From Alistipes sp. (lineage in GTDB: Bacteria; Bacteroidota; Bacteroidia; Bacteroidales; Rikenellaceae), in assembly GCA_045629905.1 (NCBI GenBank), contig JAZQSA010000019.1:2735-66734 (forward strand): a stretch of 64,000 nt of DNA, given 5' to 3'. The notes under the pieces were generated by a model. It made no database searches, was not told the DNA's origin, and worked only from the letters and a program-made list of their open reading frames with translations. The translations under genes and the position numbers were made by a program. Positions 23,738-29,930 of this stretch are shown here, piece by piece (the stretch's first letter is position 1; every line of letters begins with the position of its first letter).

Positions 23738-23899
23738 CTATATTACAGCACACGGCTTTTGAACCCAGCAAGCGAGGTACATTCGGCCGTCGGCAGCATA
23801 TCCACACGATTGTCGATGACGTATATCGCCCAACCACGCCCTTCGGAGGAACGCCCCCAAATTGGCAAATCGACGCAGATAACTCATCAACCATTCCAT
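23738..23899 (-). CDS. Putative pur leader peptide, 53 aa (MEWLMSYLRRFANLGAFLRRAWLGDIRHRQSCGYAADGRMYLACWVQKPCAVI)
   Basis: ATG 23899 lies 5 nt past the -7 box; TAG ends 1 nt before the terminator stem. Confidence 0.55.
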   Translation of the reverse strand: MEWLMSYLRRFANLGAFLRRAWLGDIRHRQSCGYAADGRMYLACWVQKPCAVI

Positions 23900-23903
23900 A
23901 CCG

Positions 23904-23935
23904 CAAAATTAAATAATGTATGGCAAATTCTCAAA
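23904..23935 (-). promoter_or_regulatory. Promoter of the pur operon
   Basis: Minus strand TTTG (23935-23932), N20, TAATTTTG (23911-23904). Confidence 0.72.
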
Positions 23936-24012
23936 AAAATAATATTCAATTTTATCAACACTTTTTCATCAATAAAAGCCATTAAACATTATCGATTTTT
24001 TCTGTCAAAAAA

Positions 24013-24044
24013 TTGCACCAATCAAAAATATTTGCTTACCTTTG
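24013..24044 (+). promoter_or_regulatory. Promoter of the gua operon (divergent from pur)
   Basis: TTG 24013-24015, N21, TACCTTTG 24037-24044. Confidence 0.75.
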
Positions 24045-24069
24045 CACAAATAATTTGAGCGCAAAGGCT

Positions 24070-24192
24070 ATGACCCGTTGTACAAACAACCGCCATCGAG
24101 GCATTTCGACCCAACAACACAAGCGAGCGATACGATGTGTTGCAAATACGATGGTGCAGGTATGTCAATGGGTGTGTGATGCGGTGCGATGA
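24070..24192 (+). CDS. Putative gua leader peptide, 40 aa (MTRCTNNRHRGISTQQHKRAIRCVANTMVQVCQWVCDAVR)
   Basis: ATG 24070 to TGA 24190-24192, 3 nt before the terminator stem; G/YG-rich 3' half. Confidence 0.6.
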   Translation: MTRCTNNRHRGISTQQHKRAIRCVANTMVQVCQWVCDAVR

Positions 24193-24195
24193 AAC

Positions 24196-24240
24196 AAAGG
24201 AGCGAGGTGCGATTATGCGCCTCGCTCCTTTTGGTATTTA
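24196..24240 (+). terminator. Attenuator-type terminator upstream of guaB
   Basis: AAAGGAGCGAGGTGC-GATTAT-GCGCCTCGCTCCTTT then TGGTATTTA. Confidence 0.78.
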
Positions 24241-24269
24241 GAGTTTGAATTTTAATAAAATATTACATT

Positions 24270-25748
24270 ATGTCGTTTCTAACAGAGAGAGTTCAGCAAG
24301 AGGGTTTAACCTTCGACGACGTGTTACTCGTTCCCTCCTACTCGGAGGTCGTACCACGCGAAGTTAGTGTAAAGAGTCGTTTCTCGCGAAACATCACGCT
24401 CAACATTCCTATCGTATCGGCAGCTATGGACACCGTAACCGAAGCACCTATGGCAATCGCAATCGCTCGCGAAGGTGGTATTGGTGTTATCCATAAGAAT
24501 ATGTCGATTACCGAGCAGGCAGCGCAGGTTCGTCGCGTAAAACGTGCCGAGAATGGTATGATTTACGACCCTGTCACAATCACCAAGGAGCAGACCGTTG
24601 GCGATGCTTTGGCCCTTATGCACGAGAATAAGATTGGCGGTATCCCTGTCGTAGACGACAATCGTAAGCTCGTTGGAATCGTGACCAACCGCGACCTCCG
24701 TTTCCAAAAGGATTTCTCGCGCCTGATTGCCGAGGTTATGACTTCGGAGAATCTTGTAACAATCACCGAGGCCGAGCGCGACAGCGAAGATGTTACAGAG
24801 GTATTGCTCCGCAACAAAATCGAGAAATTGCCTGTCATCGACAAGGAGGGCCACTTGGTAGGCCTTATCACCTATAAAGATATTACAAAGGTACAAGACC
24901 ACCCTAACGCTTGCAAAGACAGCAAAGGTCGTTTGCGCGTAGCGGCAGGTGTTGGTGTTACGGCCGACTCAATGGAGCGTGTCGATGCGTTGGTTGCCGA
25001 GAGTGTCGATGCAGTTGTTCTCGACTCGGCTCACGGCCACTCGAAGAACATCGTCGATTTGCTCAAACGCATCAAAGCCAAATACCCTACGCTCGATGTT
25101 ATCGTTGGTAATATCGCTACCGCCGAGGCAGCTCGCTATTTGGCTGAAAATGGCGCTGATGGCGTAAAGGTCGGTATCGGTCCAGGCTCTATCTGCACCA
25201 CCCGAATCATTGCAGGTGTAGGTGTTCCACAGCTGACCGCCATTTTCGATGTTGCCGACGCAGTCAAAGAGCTCGACGTTGCAGTTATTGCCGATGGTGG
25301 TTTGCGCTACTCGGGCGACATCGTAAAGGCACTGGCAGCAGGTGGCGACTGTGTGATGTGCGGCTCGATGTTTGCCGGCACCGAAGAGGCTCCCGGCGAG
25401 ACTATTATCTACAACGGCCGTAAGTTCAAGACCTACCGAGGTATGGGCTCGATTGATGCGATGAAGGCCGGCTCGAAGGACCGCTACTTCCAAGATGGCG
25501 AGGCCAATATCAATAAGCTCGTTCCGGAGGGTATCGTTGGTCGCGTTCCGTTCAAAGGCGCACTCAACGAGACGGTATATCAGCTCGTTGGCGGAATCCG
25601 CTCCGGTATGGGTTATTGCGGTGCGCGCACTATCAAGGACTTGCAGAGCGCCCGTTTTGTCCGCATTACCGCAAGTGGTGTTGTCGAGAACCACCCTCAC
25701 GACATCACCATCACCCGCGAAACTCCAAACTATTCGCGAGGCGAATAG
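24270..25748 (+). CDS. guaB: IMP dehydrogenase with CBS domains
   Basis: [34 protein letters not shown]. Confidence 0.98.
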   Translation: MSFLTERVQQEGLTFDDVLLVPSYSEVVPREVSVKSRFSRNITLNIPIVSAAMDTVTEAPMAIAIAREGGIGVIHKNMSITEQAAQVRRVKRAENGMIYDPVTITKEQTVGDALALMHENKIGGIPVVDDNRKLVGIVTNRDLRFQKDFSRLIAEVMTSENLVTITEAERDSEDVTEVLLRNKIEKLPVIDKEGHLVGLITYKDITKVQDHPNACKDSKGRLRVAAGVGVTADSMERVDALVAESVDAVVLDSAHGHSKNIVDLLKRIKAKYPTLDVIVGNIATAEAARYLAENGADGVKVGIGPGSICTTRIIAGVGVPQLTAIFDVADAVKELDVAVIADGGLRYSGDIVKALAAGGDCVMCGSMFAGTEEAPGETIIYNGRKFKTYRGMGSIDAMKAGSKDRYFQDGEANINKLVPEGIVGRVPFKGALNETVYQLVGGIRSGMGYCGARTIKDLQSARFVRITASGVVENHPHDITITRETPNYSRGE

Positions 25749-25750
25749 TT

Positions 25751-25806
25751 CAGAATGCAGAATGCAGAATGCAAAATTCAAAATGCAGTATTAAAAATTA
25801 AGAATT
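25751..25806 (+). repeat. Heptamer tandem repeat, 8 units, filling the guaB-guaA spacer
   Basis: CAGAATG x3, CAAAATT, CAAAATG, CAGTATT, AAAAATT, AAGAATT. Confidence 0.85.
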
Positions 25807-25808
25807 AT

Positions 25809-27116
25809 ATGAAACAAGACATGATTGTGATTCTCGACTTGGGAAGTCACGAGAATACAGTATTGGCCCGTGCAATCCGCGCACTTGGTGTTTATAGCGA
25901 AATCTACCCTCACGATATTACGGCCAACGAGTTGAAGGCTCTGCCAAACGTCAAAGGTATTATCATCAACGGTGGCCCTAACAACGTGATTGACGGTGTC
26001 GAAATCGACGTTTTGCCAGAGATTTACGAGGCTGGTATTCCTGTTATGGCCGCAGGTCACGACAAGGCACTTTGTGCTGTCAAACTTCCACAGCTCGGCA
26101 ACGACGAGGAGGCTGCAAAAGAGGCTGTGCGCTCGTTTGTTTTTGACACTTGCAAGGCCGAGACTAATTGGAATATGAAAAACTTTGTTGCCGACCAGGT
26201 CGAGTTGATTCGTCGTCAGGTAGGCAACCGCAAGGTCCTGCTCGCATTGTCGGGTGGTGTCGATTCGTCGGTTGTGGCTGCATTGCTTTTGAAGGCCATT
26301 GGCGACAACCTCGTTTGCGTACACGTCAATCACGGTCTGATGCGCAAGGGCGAGTCGGAGGACGTTGTCGAGGTCTTTGGCAACCAACTCTGTGCCAACC
26401 TCGTATATGTCGATGCTACGGAGCGATTCCTCACAAAGTTGGAGGGCGTTGAAGACCCAGAGCAGAAGCGCAAGATTATCGGTGGTGAGTTTATCCGCGT
26501 ATTTGAGGAGGAGGCCCGCAAATTGGACGGCATCGACTTCCTTGGTCAAGGCACAATCTACCCCGACATTATCGAGAGCGGCACAAAGACTGCCAAGATG
26601 GTTAAGTCGCACCACAACGTAGGCGGTCTGCCAGAGGATTTGCAATTCGAGTTGGTTGAGCCATTGAAGCAACTCTTCAAGGACGAGGTGCGTGCTTGCG
26701 GTTTGGAGTTGGGCTTGCCTTACGATATGGTATATCGCCAACCATTCCCAGGTCCGGGTCTTGGTGTTCGTTGCCTCGGTGCAATCACACGCGACCGCTT
26801 GGAGGCTGTGCGCGAGTCGGACGCTATCCTGCGCGAAGAGTTTGCCCTCGCAGGCCTTAACAAAACCGTATGGCAATACTTTACGGTCGTTCCCGACTTT
26901 AAGTCGGTTGGTGTGCGCAACAATGCCCGCTCCTACGATTGGCCTGTAATTATCCGTGCTGTCAATACTATCGACGCGATGACCGCAACTATCGAGCATA
27001 TCGACTGGGCTATTTTGGATAAGATTACGAAGCGAATTTTGGCCGAAGTTCCAAACGTAAATCGCGTTTGTTACGATATGTCGCCAAAACCATCGGCAAC
27101 CATCGAGTGGGAGTAA
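25809..27116 (+). CDS. guaA: GMP synthase with a collapsed glutaminase domain
   Basis: ALSGGVDSS, KSHHNVGG, RQPFPGPGL, KPSATIEWE; N-domain lacks GICYG and HPE; start set at MKQDM. Confidence 0.93.
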   Translation: MKQDMIVILDLGSHENTVLARAIRALGVYSEIYPHDITANELKALPNVKGIIINGGPNNVIDGVEIDVLPEIYEAGIPVMAAGHDKALCAVKLPQLGNDEEAAKEAVRSFVFDTCKAETNWNMKNFVADQVELIRRQVGNRKVLLALSGGVDSSVVAALLLKAIGDNLVCVHVNHGLMRKGESEDVVEVFGNQLCANLVYVDATERFLTKLEGVEDPEQKRKIIGGEFIRVFEEEARKLDGIDFLGQGTIYPDIIESGTKTAKMVKSHHNVGGLPEDLQFELVEPLKQLFKDEVRACGLELGLPYDMVYRQPFPGPGLGVRCLGAITRDRLEAVRESDAILREEFALAGLNKTVWQYFTVVPDFKSVGVRNNARSYDWPVIIRAVNTIDAMTATIEHIDWAILDKITKRILAEVPNVNRVCYDMSPKPSATIEWE

Positions 27117-27132
27117 CCCTCGGTGTTATAAC

Positions 27133-27179
27133 AAACAAGAAGTCGCGCTACCCGAATTGGATAGCGCGACTTCTTGTTT
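27133..27179. terminator. Bidirectional terminator
   Basis: AAACAAGAAGTCGCGCTA / TAGCGCGACTTCTTGTTT. Confidence 0.88.
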
Positions 27180-27187
27180 AAGCATTT

Positions 27188-27349
27188 TTACGGTTCGAGA
27201 ACAAGGCGGAAGCCGCCACCGTAATACCTACCTGACGGTGGATTAGAGTTGCGGGTCGAAACACGACAGGTCTCCGTAGGGCTATTCCAACTTCCCCCAC
27301 GCAACACGCGGAGATAGCCGCTACTTGGCCCCGTAGGGTTGTTCTGCGA
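27188..27349 (-). pseudogene. 3' remnant of an FGE-sulfatase (SUMF1/C-type-lectin-fold) domain gene
   Basis: SQNNPTGPSSGYLRVLRGGSW...CRVSTR...GFRLVLEP*; no upstream part of the domain. Confidence 0.8.
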
Positions 27350-27425
27350 TGGGCTGTACTTGCCGTACAGCCCATCGCAGAACAAGAGGTTAGCGGCAGT
27401 AAAAACCGCATAAAATCAATTTTTA
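27339..27425 (+). repeat. Rod hairpin element, copy C (left arm truncated; abuts M49 gene stop)
   Basis: Nearly identical to the centre and right arm of copy F; GTAC-TTGCC-GTAC apex; ends TAAAATCAATTTTTA. Confidence 0.88.
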
Positions 27426-29429
27426 GTTGAGGGAAGGAAGGAACGAATAATCCTTCGAATAATGCAAGTGTTGCTCAACATAGTTGGCAGGGTACGAAAC
27501 CTTGACATCGACAATGTTGTCGCCCTCCATAACCAACTCGTACTCCGGATTAACGAAGCCACCATAAGGCTCGATATTGAGTGCCTTGTAACGGTCGAGA
27601 ACCTCCTTGTGGAGTTCTGGGTCAATCTTCACGGCATACTTCTCGATAAGAGCCTTACCTGCCTCGAAGTCGCCCTCGCTCTTGATACGCTGAATCTCGT
27701 ACAACTGCTTACCGAAGATAGCGCGCAGCTTGTCGAAATCGTTTACAACGATATAACGCTTGCCGTTCTCAACAACCCACTCGATGACGTTCTCCTCCTT
27801 GCCAAGGTCGTAGGCCCAATCCGAGATAAGCTTGCGGTTACGCATATGTGCCTGCTCGACATTCTTGCCCAACTCGATACGCGAAAGCTGTGTCATCGCA
27901 CCATTCATAACATACGAAGCATATTGAGCCTTTGCTACGTCGAGCGATGGAATCAGGCCAATCTCAACCATCTTCTCGTCGCCGAGGTAGTAGAGAGCAA
28001 AGAGGTCGGCACGAGTCTCCTCCAAAGCCGACGAATATACGCCCAACTCTGTACCCGTAGTACCAGGTGCCAACTGACCCGAACCGTGGCCAAGACACTC
28101 GTGGAGGTCGGTATGGAGGTCGTCCGAAAGTTTGCCATACTCCTTCATACGAGCGCGGTCCTCCTCACGAAGAACAAACTCCTCGGCAAAGCCACTACCC
28201 TGCGCAGCCTGCTTGTAGGCATAGGTGATATTGTCGATGGTTACCGATTTCGAGCCGTGTTCCTTGCGAATCCAGTCGGCATTCGGAAGGTTGATACCGA
28301 TTGGCGTTGTCGGATAGCAGTCGCCACCGAGCATAGCCACTGTAATAACCTTTGCCGATACACCCTTAACCTCCTCTTTGCGATATGCAGGATTGATTGG
28401 CGAGTGGTCCTCAAACCACTGTGCATTAGCCGAGATAATCTGGGTACGACGGCAAGCCTCCTTATCGAGGAAGTTTACGACCGACTCCCACGACGCCTTG
28501 TAACCAAGAGGGTCGCCATAGACCTCGGTAAAGCCATTTACGAAATCGACGTTCGAAGTAACGTCCTTAACCCACGAAACATTGAAGGCATCGAAATCGC
28601 GCAAATCGCCCGACTTGTAGTACTTAATCAACAGACCGATGGTCGTTTTGAGTGGCTCCTCGGCAACAGCCTCGGCCTTCTCCAACCAATATACAACCTG
28701 CTCCAAAGCCTCGGTATACATACCGCCAACTTTGTAGGTCTGCTCGTAGATTTTACCATCTTTCTTTACGAGTTTCGAGTTCAAACCGTAGGAGATTGGG
28801 CAAGGGTCGTTACCGGCCTTCTTAATCATTGTGTTGTAGAACTTCTCAACCTCCTTCTGTGTAAGGCCCTCGTAGTAGTTACCTGCCGATTCGGCGATTA
28901 CATCGACACCCTCGGTTTGGTTCAAACGCGAAGCGTAGAGCGAAGGGTTGAAGATAGCCTCCAAGACAACTTCCTTCTCGACAGGCAACTCTACCTTGCA
29001 AGCCTCCAACTGCGCAGCGAACCACTCACGCGAGAACTCCGGCGCGAACTTATCGTTCGAGTAGTGGTGGTGAATACCGTTGGCAAACCACACCTTCTTC
29101 AAATACTTCTCCATCGCCTTAAACTCGGGACACTCCTTGTCGCCCTCATACGAGGTATAAATCGACTCCAAAGCGCGACGAATCGTAAGGTTGTACTTAA
29201 AGTTCTGGTCGAACAAAATATCGCGACCACACTTTGCCGACTCGGCCAAATAGTAGACCAACAACTTTTCGTTAAGCGGAAGGTTCTCGAATCCCGGCAC
29301 TTCGTAGCGGATTACTTTGGCATCATCGAATCGGTCAACGACCCACGGTGCCTCCTCCTTCTGCAAGCCTGCACACGAGGTCAGAACCATTGCAACAACT
29401 CCCATAGAGGTAATAATTAGTTTTTTCAT
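27423..29429 (-). CDS. Dipeptidyl-peptidase III (M49) lipoprotein
   Basis: HECLGHGSG and EETRAD motifs; lipobox LTSC. Confidence 0.92.
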   Translation of the reverse strand: MKKLIITSMGVVAMVLTSCAGLQKEEAPWVVDRFDDAKVIRYEVPGFENLPLNEKLLVYYLAESAKCGRDILFDQNFKYNLTIRRALESIYTSYEGDKECPEFKAMEKYLKKVWFANGIHHHYSNDKFAPEFSREWFAAQLEACKVELPVEKEVVLEAIFNPSLYASRLNQTEGVDVIAESAGNYYEGLTQKEVEKFYNTMIKKAGNDPCPISYGLNSKLVKKDGKIYEQTYKVGGMYTEALEQVVYWLEKAEAVAEEPLKTTIGLLIKYYKSGDLRDFDAFNVSWVKDVTSNVDFVNGFTEVYGDPLGYKASWESVVNFLDKEACRRTQIISANAQWFEDHSPINPAYRKEEVKGVSAKVITVAMLGGDCYPTTPIGINLPNADWIRKEHGSKSVTIDNITYAYKQAAQGSGFAEEFVLREEDRARMKEYGKLSDDLHTDLHECLGHGSGQLAPGTTGTELGVYSSALEETRADLFALYYLGDEKMVEIGLIPSLDVAKAQYASYVMNGAMTQLSRIELGKNVEQAHMRNRKLISDWAYDLGKEENVIEWVVENGKRYIVVNDFDKLRAIFGKQLYEIQRIKSEGDFEAGKALIEKYAVKIDPELHKEVLDRYKALNIEPYGGFVNPEYELVMEGDNIVDVKVSYPANYVEQHLHYSKDYSFLPSLN

Positions 29430-29511
29430 TTGTGTTAATATTTAAGTTTACAATAAATATGCTTACACGGCAATATATGCCACAAAAATAACAATTTATT
29501 CGAAACCTCAC

Positions 29512-29545
29512 AAAAAAAACCGCTATCGATTATTTTGATAGCGGT
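29512..29545 (-). terminator. Terminator of the M16 peptidase transcript, downstream of the hairpin array
   Basis: Minus strand ACCGCTATC...GATAGCGGT then a T run. Confidence 0.7.
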
Positions 29546-29578
29546 ATAACTATTGAGCATATAATGGCACAGCGCATT

Positions 29579-29647
29579 ACGCTCGATGAAAAAGAGGCCG
29601 ATGGGTAGTACTCGGCGTACGTCCCATTGGCCTCGTTTTTGTTAGCG
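29579..29647 (+). repeat. Rod hairpin element, copy D (core only)
   Basis: AAAAAGAGGCCGATGGG...GTAC-TCGGC-GTAC...CCCATTGGCCTCGTTTTT; CGCTCG/TTAGCG as in copy F. Confidence 0.75.
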
Positions 29648-29675
29648 AGAGGAGAGGTCTGCACCCACTCACCAG

Positions 29676-29800
29676 AAAATTGCATTTTAGAAGAGAGGTT
29701 ACAAGGCTCGACGAAATTTATCGACGATGGGTTGTACCAAGGTACTACCCATTGGCGGAAATTTTGTTAGCCGAAGGAAACACCTTATAAAATCAATTTT
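29676..29800 (+). repeat. Rod hairpin element, copy E
   Basis: AAAATTGCATTTTAG...ATAAAATCAATTTT ends; GTAC-CAAG-GTAC apex. Confidence 0.85.
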
Positions 29801-29803
29801 CAA

Positions 29804-29930
29804 AAAATTGCATTTTAGGAGAGACTTTACAACGCTCGGCCTCTTGTTCTGCGATGGGCTGTACTTGGCGTACTGCCCATTGCAGAACAAGAGGTTAGCG
29901 GCAGTAAAAACCGCCTACAAATCAATTTTA
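29804..29930 (+). repeat. Rod hairpin element, copy F (overlaps M16 gene stop)
   Basis: AAAATTGCATTTTAG...CTACAAATCAATTTTA; CCTCTTGTTCTGCGATGGG/CCCATTGCAGAACAAGAGG stem; GTAC-TTGGC-GTAC apex. Confidence 0.88.

Noticed and set aside
23754-23811. Purine or PRPP (ykkC-like) riboswitch in the pur leader (minus strand AATCGTGTGGATATG, GGGTTCAAAAGCC)
   Set aside because: Only isolated words match; the UUCUACC junction, P3 and ACACC elements were not found by eye. An Infernal scan is needed to exclude it fully.
27188-27349. Diversity-generating retroelement
   Set aside because: The FGE C-terminus is a common DGR target fold, but there is no reverse transcriptase, no second near-identical copy and no AAC-rich template repeat in this window.
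29579-29930. CRISPR array or canonical integron
   Set aside because: Units are ~126-nt self-complementary rods, not repeat-spacer pairs; no cas or intI genes and no attC core consensus.
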